Shown piece by piece: positions 1 to 13,420 of a DNA stretch of 64,000 bases; positions within the stretch are counted from its first letter, which is position 1; every line of letters starts with the position of its first letter. Under the pieces are notes generated by a model. That model made no database searches and was not told where the DNA came from. It was given only the letters and a program-made list of their open reading frames with translations. A program made the position numbers and the translations under genes. The stretch comes from Octopus sinensis (lineage: Eukaryota): NCBI RefSeq assembly GCF_006345805.1, contig NC_043004.1, positions 42,532,001 through 42,596,000 of the forward strand. Reading direction: 5' to 3'.

Positions 1-369
1 AACTTTGTCGACAAAAAAAAAATTAAATTTTCGTTTATTTTACCCACCATACTCACCAAGATTGAAGACACGTTTTGAATATCCTCATATAATGTTGCCT
101 GATACGCTGGAAAATCTATATTGTCAAAGTTTATTTCGTGATTATATATTTAGAATCCAGTGCATTAAGTAATGGATGCGTATATATCAACAACACACAT
201 TTTCGTATGAGCAGATAATGTCGTTAGATTTCACACGTCATCAGGTTAAACGAGACTCGTCGATACCTAATGCACTTAGTGGTATCTATTTTGTTGGAAT
301 TATCTGGAACACGGGTCCGGTCTGAGGATAAGTGCCAGTTTTATATTTATACCCACACACACACACATC

Positions 370-400
<31 letters not shown>

Positions 401-752
401 CGCAGGAGTGGCTGTGTGGTAAGTAGCTTGCTAACCAACCACACGGTTGCGGGTTCAGTCCCACTGCGTGGCATCTTGGGCAAGTGTCTTCTGCTATAGC
501 CCCGGGCCGACCAATGCCTTGTGAGTGGATTTGGTAGACGGAAACTGAAAGAAGCCTGTCGTATATATATATATGTATATGTGTGTGTGTTTGTGTGTCT
601 GTGTTTGTCCCCCTAGCATTGCTTGACAACCGATGCCGGTGTGTTTACGTCCCCGTCACTTAGCGGTTCGGCAAAAAGAGACCGATAGAATAAGTACTAA
701 AAGGTGGTGCTCCAGCATGGCCGCAGTCAAATGACTGAAACAAGTAAAAGAG
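401..752 (+). mobile_element. tRNA-derived SINE, family A
   Basis: A-box-like TGGCTGTGTGG and B-box-like GGTTCAGTCCC head, internal (TA/TG) microsatellite, tail GGTGCTCCAGCATGGCCGCAGTCAAATGACTGAAACAAGTAAAAGAG. Homologous copies at 32770, 42787 and 58198. This copy lacks about 40 bp present in the 58198 copy. Confidence 0.85.
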
Positions 753-757
753 AGAAA

Positions 758-760
758 GAT

Positions 761-833
<73 letters not shown>

Positions 834-840
834 TATATAT

Positions 841-876
<36 letters not shown>

Positions 877-905
877 ATATACGATAATATATACATATAT
901 ATATA
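758..905. repeat. (AT)n microsatellite, representative of dozens in the window
   Basis: Directly visible. Such tracts produce the YIYIYI ORFs in the track. Confidence 0.98.
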
Positions 906-2248
906 TATATATGTATATGTCAGTATGTCTATGTATATATATATGTATGTATATATGTATGTATTTATATATACACACATATACACTTATTAAATTGTTG
1001 CTCTATTAAAAATTGAAGGTGGGCTCGCTAACTGATAAAGGATAAGTATTGCTATTAAGAACACTATCTGTAGACAATAAATCTCATGAAAAACATCAAA
1101 CGCAGAAAATGAAAATCGCAAAAATAAAAAAAATATCTATAGCTATAGAAAGTAAAATTAATAGTGTAGGATTCAAAATAGCAAAAGTGTAGATAAACAA
1201 AAGCACCCACGTTTCAAAATAGATTCCATTGCCAGACACAGGTGTTATAAAACATATGTAAACTGAAGACTATCAGAAATAAATATATTGTATCCAGATC
1301 ATAACACAACACAACTTGCAGTATATTTAGAATATATTATGGCTGTCAGAATATGCCAGTTCCTCAGCAAAAATCGGGTCTGTGACATTCGAATAGGTGG
1401 ACTTATAGACTGGACCTCTACGTCTAATCATCGAGACTCGTGCTTTACTTTAGATCTCTCTGTGCTGACAGGGACTGCTAAAGTAAAATAATATAGCTCA
1501 ATGGATGTTGGTAGAGCTTCTACAATGGCAGTCAGTAATACAGATTCATAAAAGTATATACCGACGTCTCGGTAATAAAAAATAAAGCCATAGGCAAAAA
1601 AGGAAAAAAAAACCCACACACACAAGAAAACACAAGAACTTTTTTCAATGTCTAAATTAACAAGATAACGTAATCGGAGCAAATTTTGCGTTGTATAATA
1701 CCCCAAAATATTAGTCATTACATTATGTACGCACTTAATTTCGGTTCGGTGAGATCTAAGAGGAATAATAACAATCAAGCATTATGAAGCGATCGATTAA
1801 ATATTGATTATAGTTTGTCTACATACGATAAAGACAACCTCGCATGAGAAATGCGTCATATAAAGATATAGACTTACAAGATAGCTGTCTTTCTTTGTAC
1901 GTTTATATCAATTAATTACATTGTGACGCTACGCCCTCTATCTCAATCTAAATCGATATTAACGAATTGTACGTGCGCACATTATTTCATAAGTACACGC
2001 ACACACTCGCTCACACCAACACACACACACACCAACCTAGTGTCTCAATTCATCTCTCTCTGTCTATTTTCTCATGTATATGAAAATATTTACATATATA
2101 CTTGTGTATGTATATTTATATGTAAATATATGTATATATGTATATATATATACATATGTGAATATGTGTATGTGTGTGTGTGTATATATATATATATGTA
2201 TATATATGTATATTATATAGGATTATAAATTACATATATATACATATG

Positions 2249-2283
<35 letters not shown>

Positions 2284-2380
2284 GGTAATATATATATATA
2301 TGTATGTATATATATTATATAGGCTTATAAATATACATATATATATACATATGTGATATATATATATATGTAATATAATA

Positions 2381-2418
<38 letters not shown>

Positions 2419-3086
2419 TATATATACTTACGCACATACTTACACACACCTACGTATATCTAGGTAAGTAGATACGTGGGTAACTGTTCATATATAGTTA
2501 CATATGCATGAATGTATACGTATGTTCGCTTATGTTTCTGTGTGTCTGTGCGTACGTTTGGAATAGTGTGTGTATATGTCTTTTGCTATTTCTTCCCAAA
2601 TCGTCCTGATGAACCGTTCAAAGTGTAAATTAAAGCGGGTTATGCGGAAATTAACTGGAAGCTAACTTTGAAATAACCAATTTAGTATCCTCTTTACTGC
2701 ACTTAGATTTTAACTTAAAGGGTGTTATCACCGATATTGATTGAACACTAAGAAAAAAACCCAACAAAAGGTAAAAAGAAAACAAATATTGATAGATACC
2801 GATTGATATCGTGTTAAATTAGCAGAAATATGCAATTAGTTTATAATTGGTGATGTTTATAATGTTTATAATTTGCTCTCTACTTTCCCTCTGCTATTAA
2901 TTTTGACAAAATAATATCGAATATTTGTTTGAGGTATACATAAATACATGCAAATATATATACATATATATATACACATGCACACACACACACACATATA
3001 TATATATACATATATATATATATATTATATATATTATATATATATATATATACATATATATAAATATATGTTTTTGTGTGTGCCTT

Positions 3087-3133
<47 letters not shown>

Positions 3134-3892
3134 CACATATGGATACATAAATAATTACATATATATATATTCGTATACACGCACATACACACGCACCTAC
3201 CCACACACACACGCTCAAACACACAGCCACATACATATATATAAAGTTACATGTACACACATATACAAACACATCTATACGTGTGTGTCTCTGCTCGCTT
3301 GGTTGTGTGTGTAGTTATGGATACTATATAACATAATGTTTTTTTTTGTTGAATGTGTTTCGCTTGCCACCTTTACACATGACCTCGTAATTATAGCTGT
3401 ATTTAAAAGTGTGCTTAACTATGTGTGTGTATCTATCTGCGTTATTTTACGGTGTTATTAATAACCATAGGTCAACAGTATCGTTTTATATTTAACACTA
3501 ACACGTATAAAACTATTTAGGGCGTGGTCATCTTAAGATCTTTGGGCTTATATGGATATTTTTTGCATATACTTACATTTTCATACATTTAGAATTCCAA
3601 GTATAGCTTACTATCTGAGAGAATACGGCATGAAACATTCGTTGTTGTATATTTAGCTTAGACGACGCCTCGATCAGGAGTGAGGAAAGCTACGAACGAG
3701 AACAAAGTTCTAAGCTTATTTTAGCTCTCTGTTCCATATTTTAATAGCCACTAATAAATTATCTAGTAAGTCTTATAATGATAATAGTAGTAGTAGTAGT
3801 TGTTGTTGTTGTAGTAGTAGTAATAGTAGTATTAGTAGTAACAGTACCCCACTGCTAACGCATATATATCTGTGACGTCCAAAATATGTATA

Positions 3893-3923
<31 letters not shown>

Positions 3924-4125
3924 GTATATATACACATATGTATGTATATATATTTACACACACATATATATATATACATATATGTGTGTATATATACATA
4001 TATATATATATATGTATATATATATGCATATTTTGGACGTCACAGATATATACGCGTCACAGATATATACGCGTTAGCATATGTATATATATATGTATAT
4101 ATATGTGTGTGTGTATACGTTATCT

Positions 4126-4459
4126 GAGACCCCTTTCGGTCACGACACAGACCGTGGGATTGCACCTAGAAAGTTACCCTCCTAGACACAAGTCCCGGCA
4201 AGGTTGTTTATGGAAGACCAACAGTCGCCCATGCATACCAGCCTCCCCCTCTCCACGACACTAGTGTTATCTAAGGGAAAGGCAAAAGCCGATACAGCTT
4301 AGCACCAGTGACGTCGCAACTCATTTCTACAGCTGAGTGAACTTGAGCAACGTGAAATAGAGTGTCTTGCTCGAGAACCCAACACGCAGCCCGGTCCGGC
4401 ATTCGAGCTCAAAACCTCACGATCGTAAGCTCGACGCCCGAACCACTGAGCCATGCGCC
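4126..4459 (-). mobile_element. tRNA-derived SINE, family B
   Basis: Reverse complement of 8807-9142 over its full length. Head GGCGCATGGCTCAGTGGTT, B-box-like TTCGAATGCC. Confidence 0.85.
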
Positions 4460-6309
4460 ATACACACTATCCATTCCTTATGTACGTAAGTATATAAATA
4501 AATGTGTAAATATATATTTTTCTATGTGATACTAATATGTGCATGTGTGTGCTTTTGTATGTTTTTACACAATCCGTCATAGTTACATACATAAATACTA
4601 CTGAATTCAAAACGGACATATTTTTGTGTGCATGATTTTGTGTATATATTGGTATGTGTGTGTGTGTTCGTGTGTCTGCGAGAGAAAATGAGAGAAAGAT
4701 GGGGGAGAGTAACAGATAAAGAAAGAGAGTTTGTGTGTCTGTCGTTTTCATAGATATTACATTATATTATAATACAGTATATTTCACTATATTGTCTTTA
4801 TTAGTGACAGAATTATGTCTATCAAAGATAGTTTCTGAGATGCTAAATTGATTAAGTAACATTAGTGTTGAAGTAGTTATACCGAATATTTAATGAACGA
4901 GATAAGTATTATCGCCGAATTCTGCAAGTGGTTTTAAGTACATGGGGCATTTATCTATACAATCTATCTCAATATCAATGTCCTTCTGTAAGCGATATGG
5001 TTGAGAACATTTATATAATAGTAATACATTTCCCATTAAAGATTCTGCCGAAACGATGCAGATTATACTTTAAAAGTTAAGATTATGTTTAGGTGATCTG
5101 AAGACTTAAGCGCCAACATTACAGAAACTGAAGCATTATTTAACTGTTTGTGGATTTATCAAAGGATTACAGCACGCTGGACACATACAGTGTCTTAGTG
5201 ACTGGTAGATGTAAGGTGGGAATTAATTCCTAGACGTTACACCAAACACCAATGTTGGCAGTGTGGACTTAAATGTAATTTTAAAACGGTCAAGCGACTT
5301 TAGAACGGCAAGCATTAATGCTAACGTAAAAAAAAAACATAATAGGACTGGCTTTTTCACCGCGTACCAGTATTTCAGTCAGAAGTATAGGTTCGAAACG
5401 ATGCCGAAAACATTCGGCAATTTTATCGTACAAAGGAGTCGAACCACAAAATGCATATGTGCATCTACAGCAGAAAGCCAGAATGTGTTAATTCTATATA
5501 CTGTATAGCCACATTTACGTGCTCGAGAGATTCACAAGAAATTCATTAAAGATCTGTTAATTATATAGGAAACAGTTACGAAAGGAGATGAATGATTTAC
5601 ATGCTATGAATGAAGTTTGCCATTGATTAATTAGTTTCTGGTATGTATGAGACAAAACTGTTATTGTTAAAATAAGTTATCTCTATCACACTTTCTCTTT
5701 CTGGCTCTAGCTCACTCACACACTCGATCTTTTTGAGTACGTGTTCCAGTCGAAGAGGCATCTAATTTTACTTTAAGAATTGTCATCTATAAGACATGTT
5801 ATATTTTAAATTATGGGAATAGATTTTCTATAAGTAAAAGCCCATTTTACTGATCGCAATGTGAAATTAGATTGTATTAGTGCAAAGAGCTTATTAGATT
5901 CAATTATTTATCAGAAGTGGCTCCTGACGTACAAATGAAGGTCTGGTTAGAATTCTCAGAAACTTGTGGTGTGAGGTGTATTAGAAAAAGAACATGTTAT
6001 AAAGGAGCATTAATGGGCGGGGGGAGACTAACTAATTAATCTGTTAAATTTGAACACCTGAGTCTTGTAAATTTGTTGAAAAGGGTGAATTCTAACTTTT
6101 TAACATCGGTGAAAGAAGGATGAATTATTACTACCATTAATGCTATTTCTTACGTAAGAGGAGATATAATCTTAGAAATTTTGAATTGAATGTAGATGAT
6201 GGTGGAAGATATGCTACGAATTAATGTAAACTAATGTGGCCGCTAGAGGAGTATCACAAAGTGTAGTATTTAGGAGGGGGGATAGGATTTTAAGTGGTGG
6301 TATTAAACA

Positions 6310-6418
6310 TAAAATAGGCTCGAAACATAAAATACTTTTTCTATTCCTGAGCGTTATACTAATACATCTGTTTGTTTGTACAGAACTGTCTACGTCTTTT
6401 TTTTAATTCGTAAACTCT

Positions 6419-6420
<2 letters not shown>
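6310..6420 (+). mobile_element. Short PLE-terminus-like repeat (TAGGCTCGAAAC family)
   Basis: AGGCTCGAAACATAAAA...CTATTCCTGAGCGTTATACTAATACATCTGTTTGTT...CGTAAACTCTCCCTAT, shared with 29150-29310 (-), 48900-49045 (+) and partially 21850-21930 and 11893-11925. Confidence 0.65.
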
Positions 6421-6468
<48 letters not shown>

Positions 6469-6875
6469 TAAATTTGTGTCCATCTATGTAGGGGGACACA
6501 AATATTCGATCCCAGACCATCAGATTTTACGCGATTGCAAGCTTACCATTGTACTCATGACTACGTTATGTTTCTCAAACTTTCTTAGTTTTCAAATGTA
6601 TTGTGAGTTACACTTCATGTTTAATGCCGTAGAATATAACTTTTAATTACTCGCCCTACTGGAGATGTTTCTATAATATATATTTCTTTTATATCCCAAT
6701 GTTTGTTTTTAGTGTCCAAAGTTTCTTGTATTTTGTAAGATTTTATATATACATATTTTTCAATGCTAACATTTACGATTGCGACTGTGAACAATAGAAT
6801 TTGTTGCGCCTATTAAAGAAAAAATAATTCGTTTTGAAATCGAATCAAATATTGGTGAATATATTTATGCGCGCA

Positions 6876-6911
<36 letters not shown>

Positions 6912-7037
6912 AGTACTTGAACGTGTCTGCTTGAATAAATGAATAAATATATGTGTGTGCGTGTGTGTATATATAAACATATATATATATATATACATAT
7001 AAAAATACACACACACGCACATATATATATATAAGTG

Positions 7038-7069
<32 letters not shown>

Positions 7070-7094
7070 CACACATACTTACATACACACACGG

Positions 7095-7199
<105 letters not shown>

Positions 7200-8049
7200 G
7201 ACTTTACATTACTTGTTTTTTTTATATATATATAATTATAATTTTCTGGAATTAATTATTCTCTATTTCTTTAATCTGTTACTATTTTCATACGGTTTAT
7301 ATTCTACAACTTTATATTCTACAATTAATGCAGAAATATAAATAAAACCAGTATGAGAAAGCAGCAATACACAAAAACTCATGCATAAGTGCTTCCAATG
7401 TAGCATATACACGTACACTGTAGGATATTCTAAAATTACTGTGATAGGAATACTTAAAATATTGCATTATGTATAAATATAACACGTGCATATAGACATA
7501 GATGAAAAATACATACATAAATACATACATATATGTTTACACATACACATTCACATATACTCATGCATGCATGCACACACGCACGCAGACATTGAACATA
7601 ACTATACATAAATATATGAAGGGTTGTATGTATGACTATATGTGTCTATATATGCATGCGCATGCTCACGCATATACAAATAAAATATAAGTATTTCTAT
7701 CTCTGTATATATAAAAATATATTCATATATATCTTTATATATATCTACATATATTCCCATAATCTTATTAAGAAATACACGCGTGTATCGCTGTACCTGT
7801 GTGCATTTCTAAAGTTTATTGGAATATCGATCGAAAGAATATGTACTTTTGCAAAACTCTATATCACAATGAATACGCGAGTATTTTTTTTTTTCAAATT
7901 TTATTACGTTTTAATTTTATTTTCTCAAATTCACATCACATATATTTGAATGTATTCGACTCTTATTCGATACTTGCACCCAGACTGGCATACAAATCAG
8001 ATCGAGATTGAAATATCATCATTTTAAACATTATCAGGAAATTTATACA

Positions 8050-8123
8050 CACACATGCACACGCACATACACACACACATGCACACACACACACATGCAT
8101 ACACACACACACACACACACAGA

Positions 8124-8183
<60 letters not shown>
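8050..8183. repeat. (CA)n microsatellite
   Basis: Directly visible. Confidence 0.98.
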
Positions 8184-8185
<2 letters not shown>

Positions 8186-8371
8186 TCCTCCTAGTTTCTG
8201 TCCATGGACTTTTGAAAACAATCGTAGTTTTGTATCTTACATTCCTTACACACACACCTACCTTCCCTAATTTTACCTTTTCCTACCTTTTCTTTGTATT
8301 TTCCCTCGTTTGCTCTATACAATTATTTCGTGATTTGGTGTGTGGATGTGTGCGCGTGTTTGTGTGTGTGT

Positions 8372-8623
8372 ATAGAAGCTAGGATCACCAAGCATAGATT
8401 GGCATATTTCGGTCATGTTATGCAGGGAAAATCCCTGGAGAAGGACATCATACTCGGAATGGTCAGTAGCAAGAAAAGAAGAGGCCAACCAAGAACCCGC
8501 TGGCTTGACAACATCAAGAGTGATACCGGAATGGACATAGCCAATCTGAAAGAAGCGGCCCAGGATAGAACTGACTGGAGGACACTGATCGAACGAATAA
8601 ACGAGAGTCGACATCGACTGAGC

Positions 8624-8624
<1 letters not shown>
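8372..8624 (+). mobile_element. 5'-truncated RTE-clade LINE, 3' end
   Basis: Peptide HRLAYFGHVMQGKSLEKDIILGMVSSKKRRGQPRTRWLDNIK...AAQDRTDWR is the RTE C-terminal signature. It ends in GAGAGTCGACATCGACTGAGCG, an RTE/BovB-type 3' terminus, followed by (TA)n. Confidence 0.9.
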
Positions 8625-8663
<39 letters not shown>

Positions 8664-8712
8664 TATATAGGTGAGAAAGTTGGTTTCACTTTTTACTATT
8701 GTTTATATATAT

Positions 8713-8771
<59 letters not shown>

Positions 8772-8806
8772 TATATGTACATACATACATACATATATAT
8801 ATATAT

Positions 8807-9142
8807 GAAGGCGCATGGCTCAGTGGTTAGAGCGTCGAGCTAACGATCGTGAGGTTGTGAGCTCGAATCCAGGACCGGGCTGCGTGTTGGGTTCTTGAGC
8901 AAGGCACTTTATTTCACGTTGCTCCAGTTCACTCAGCTGTAGAAATGAGTTGCGACGTCACTGGTGCCAAGCTGTATCGACCTTTGTCTTTCCCTTGGAT
9001 AACACTGGTGGCGTGGAGAGGGGAGGCTGGTATGCATGGGCGACTGCTGGTCTTCCATAAACAACCTCGCCCGGACTTGTGTCTAGGAGGGTAACTTTCT
9101 AGGTGCAATCCCATGGTCTGTGTCGTGACCGAAGGGGGTCTC
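8807..9142 (+). mobile_element. tRNA-derived SINE, family B
   Basis: A box TGGCTCAGTGG, B-box-like GCTCGAATCC, CORE-like GTTCTTGAGCAAGGCACTT...CCAGTTCACTCAGCTGTAGAAATGAGT. Inverted copy at 4126-4459. Confidence 0.85.
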
Positions 9143-9203
9143 CGAAATATATATATATATATTATATATATATATATGTGTATACATACATATATATATA
9201 TAT

Positions 9204-9240
<37 letters not shown>

Positions 9241-9828
9241 CATATATATATATGTATGTATATATATATATACATATATATACATTATATATATATATAT
9301 ATATAATATATATATATATATACAATATATATATATATATATATTTTTTTAATATATATACACTGACATAAATATTATGTTAAGGGCATTGAATAATTAC
9401 AACGCCAGTCTCTAGAAGTAAACCCCAAATAGTTTCGGAACCACTTAGATATTACTCCAATACCACAATTTTCCAAGCGAATAAATAACCACATGATTAG
9501 AATGGACGGTTCGATTTAAATTTGTGAATACTTGCGAAATGCTTGTATATTTTCGCGGTACGTATATATATTTTGCTTTTATTTACGTTTCCTACGTTAC
9601 CAGTGATGATCGGAAAGGATCTTTAATAAACCCAAACCGTGAAATCTATAGATATAGTACTATCCAAATTATTTTATAGATGCTCTCTCTCTGTTTTCCT
9701 GGCTTACAACATTTTTATTCTTATTCTTATAGGTATCATTCTTACTACTCATTGCTTTTCATTTGTGATACAAATAAAATGAACCAAGCAATTATTATAT
9801 GTTCCTTTCCATTTTCTTTTATTTACTT

Positions 9829-9859
<31 letters not shown>

Positions 9860-9867
9860 TATATATT

Positions 9868-11120
9868 AAGAATGAATGTTTTTATATAATGAACGTGAAA
9901 TACACGGAAGGGACGAACACGAACACAGACAAATCATTCGAAGCCTTCAATCTTCAGTCAGACACCGAATCATCATAGCAAATTTCGGCTGTTCAATTCG
10001 GATTTGCTCCAACTCGGCCAGCCCCAAGAAAAAACTAAGCTGGTGCATTAGATTTCTTGGTAGAAGACAGGAATGTGAACGCACAAGAACGATGTGAATA
10101 CAAGAGACGAAAACGAATTGAAAACAGTATGAATAAACAAAACATATATAACGGTGTTGTCATACGACTTTAGACCAAATGAGACAAAAACACAACAACA
10201 ACATAGCTGGCGTAGAAATAATACCGTTTCGGTTAGCGGGGACACATGTTGGTCGAGATTACGAAGGCCAACAGAATGGTTTTTTAAGAAGCAGCAGGTC
10301 GCAGAGAGGAGAGAAGATGAGACAGAGGAGAGGGAATCAAAGAGGCTGGAAGGCAGGGACAGAATCAGTGGACCAGAGAAAAGAAAAGAAAGATGGGTTA
10401 AGGAGGAGGATGGGAGGAAGATGGGGGGAAGAGAGGGAAGAATCGGAGGGCGCCAAAAAGTTTGGTGAAGTAAGAAGCAATGGCGGGTAGTAAGTAAAGA
10501 CAGTGTGTATAGAGTCGTGCAGGGTTTAAAAATTGGACAAACAAACGGGGGGGTGCACGTAACGCCGCAAAATATAAGAATGAATGTTTTCTATATAATG
10601 AACGTGAAATACAGGAAGGGACGAACACGGAACACAGACAAATCATTCGAGCCTTCAATCTTCAGTCAGACACCGAATCATCATAGCAAATTTCGGCTGT
10701 TCAATTCTGATATTTGCTCAAACTCGGCCAGCCCCAAGAAAAAAACTAAGCTGTAAGCATTAGATTTCTTGGTAGAAGAAGGAATGTGAACGCACAAGAC
10801 GGATGTGAATAAGAGACGAAAACGAAATTGAAAACAGTAATATATACATGTATGTATGTAAATGTAAAAAAATTCAAACTGGGACAAGAACGTGAAACAT
10901 TTAGAAAACGATACAAAAAACACGGACGGGACATTCGAAGCCTTCAATCATCAGTCAAGAACCGGATCATCCTCGCAATTTCGGCTGATTAATCTTGAGA
11001 TTGCTCCGATCTAGCCAGCCCCAAAGGAAAATCTAAGCCAAGCGCATTAGATTCCTTGGAAGAAAGCCTCGAATGTATACAAAACAAGGACGGAAAAACG
11101 GACGATGTTACAAGTAAAAA
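9868..11120 (-). repeat. Three head-to-tail copies of a ~270-bp unit, probable PLE pseudo-LTR array
   Basis: Units at about 9868-10130, 10574-10840 and a diverged one at 10880-11120 share TTCGA(A)GCCTTCAATC(T/A)TCAGTCA...TTTCGGCTG...GCCAGCCCCAA...GCATTAGATT. A purine-rich spacer lies at 10150-10570. A further piece is on + at 18510-18590. Confidence 0.7.
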
Positions 11121-11288
11121 TAAAAAAATACGTAAAAACAATAATGATAATAATAATAACAACAAAAACAGGATGTCACAGACAAGCGTCTTTTCGACAG
11201 GACGAGTAAATTTTTGAACTGGCGTTAGAAAAAAGCCTTAGGGCTATAGAGAGACAACAAAGTGTGTCTTGTCATAACGGCTGCTGGC

Positions 11289-11322
<34 letters not shown>

Positions 11323-12636
11323 CGTGCATATACATACACACACAATGCGAATTCCCTATATATATACACATATGCGTGTGTGTTCATATATGTATATATC
11401 ATTTCATATTTTTATACAGAAATATATAAAACAGTATATTTGTTTAGATATATCATATCCATACATGCACAAACAAACATACAAACATATACCCGCATGC
11501 GGACACACATACCCACATGTGCACACACACACACATACACAAACACACACACCCACACACTCACATACACTTGTGCATATATAGTTTCGAATCTCTCACA
11601 TATTTATATCTGTAACATGTTTACTGATTGAAATTTAAATGGATCGCTTGTATCGAGTTCTTACTACTCTATCATGTATATTCGTAAACTGAACTTGTAT
11701 ATACATACATATATTCATAGTGGCGTACAAGCAGGCATGCATGCACAGACATATACAGTTATGTATTTATGCATGTATGTATTATGTATATCTGTGATTC
11801 GAATTTGCAAAAAGCAGAGGAACAGACATAGGGGAGAAGGAAAACAATCAAGGTGTATTAGTTTTGATGGTCAGGAAAAATGCAAAATCTTTGACCTTTC
11901 GAGCCTATACTAATCGACAGAAAGGAATGAGTAAAGAAAACATAGAGCGGAGACTGAAACGTGTCTGGAATAACGGTTTCATACGCACACACACGCACGC
12001 AACACAATACAACATAACACAACACACCCAAACGCAAACACACAAACACACACACATAATCACACACGCACACATTAATGTATACATACATACCCACTCT
12101 TTCACAATGATAAAAAGGAAATATAATTTATAGTCTTCCTCCCCGCTACCACATACTCAATAACACTATGAAATGGTCAAAACTGAAATTCTTTTCCCCC
12201 AAGATCTTAGAACCCCCCTTGGTGTAAACATCCTGTCCAGCAGAGCAAAAAAATTATTTTCTTCGTCTTCCCTCTCCCTTCCCCTCTTTTTCTTTAGCAC
12301 TCATTCCAAATACAAAAGCACACACGCACACACACACACATGCTCTCCCTTTCTCTCACTTTCTCCTCATCCATCACCCCCTTGTACTGTCTTATATTCC
12401 TACCCACTGTCTTATATTCCTACCCACCACAATAACACTATAAAATAGTCAAAGCCTTTCACACAGGGACTTAGTTTGATTTGAAAATCCCACTAGAATG
12501 GGAGAAAGCGCGCTCCATGATCTAAGTTATATGATGTATAAAAACATGTAATATACAAATAAATATCTGTAAATATAAAACCTTCATAATTTCTGAGTAC
12601 CACATTTCTGCTAATATATATATATGTATACATACA

Positions 12637-13296
12637 AGCGTGTGGCTTGTATGTATAATGCCTTCTGGCATGTATGTATAATGCCCTCTATATATAAATT
12701 AATATGTTCAATAAGAAATAATTATTTTCGAAATTTTTTCTCTTATGAGGTTTTCACGCTATCTACCTGACAATTTCGTGTTAAGTTTTCCTTATTAAGT
12801 AGTTGTCCTTAATTGCTAAATTTTTATTCCGAAAAAACTTTTCCTCTCCCGAAATGCAATTCGTAAAAGTTTGCCATTTATCCGGATGTAATATGTAAAC
12901 TCACCCATGTGCTTCGTTGATGTTGATCAGTTAGCTGATCGGCTTAAGCGGGGCAGGGTCGTTGTTTATTTATAATACATTCAGGCCTGCTGATGAATAC
13001 GTAAGTATGAAATCACTGTGATACAGGTCTATATATTTTTTAAATGTCTTACTTTGAAAAATTGCATTCGGTGGGATTAGTAATATTTTTGGTAGAAATG
13101 ACTAATTGTCCCTCTTAGCGTGTGGCTTGTATGTATAATGCCTTCTGGCATGTATGTATAATGCCCTCTATATATAAATTAATATGTTCAATAAGAAATA
13201 ATTATTTTCGAAATTTTTTCTCTTATGAGGTTTTCACGCTATCTACCTGACAATTTCTTGTTAAGTTTTCCTTATTAAGTAGTTGTCCTTAATTGC

Positions 13297-13301
<5 letters not shown>
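12637..13301 (+). repeat. 480-bp unit plus 185-bp partial second copy (partial tandem) carrying a hammerhead ribozyme
   Basis: 12637-12821 equals 13117-13301 with one mismatch; flanked by microsatellites. Confidence 0.9.
12983..13030 (+). ncRNA. Type I hammerhead ribozyme, canonical core
   Basis: Stem I AGGCCTG/CAGGTCT (7 bp incl. one G-U), CTGATGA 12990-12996, stem II ATAC-GTAA-GTAT, GAAA 13009-13012, stem III TCAC-T-GTGA, cleavage triplet AUA ending at 13023. Confidence 0.85.
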
Positions 13302-13379
<78 letters not shown>

Positions 13380-13380
<1 letters not shown>

Positions 13381-13420
13381 TAGCAGAGATACCCGGCGTT
13401 GCCTGCGTTACATTCAATTG
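13380..13420 (-). mobile_element. Helitron-type 3' terminus
   Basis: Minus strand reads ...GCAGGCAACGCCGGGTATCTCTG-CTAG|T: GC-rich subterminal hairpin relic, then CTAG followed by T. Confidence 0.6.

Noticed and set aside
222-248. Minus-strand CTGATGA-CGTGT-GAAA hammerhead
   Set aside because: No stem II pair and no convincing stems I or III; at most a decayed relic.
2606-2650. CTGATGA...GCGGAAA motif
   Set aside because: Likely a PLE-terminus relic, but stems II and III cannot be closed in canonical register.
8807-8880. tRNA genes at SINE heads (also 401, 17534)
   Set aside because: A/B boxes are present but run straight into multicopy SINE bodies with no acceptor-stem closure.
9594-9660. 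GTGATGA...GAAA-TCTA-TAGA-TA hammerhead
   Set aside because: C3 is mutated and stem I does not pair; probable dead relic, not listed as ncRNA.
9868-11120. CRISPR-like repeat-spacer array
   Set aside because: Units are about 270 bp in eukaryotic context, with no short repeats separated by unique spacers and no cas genes.
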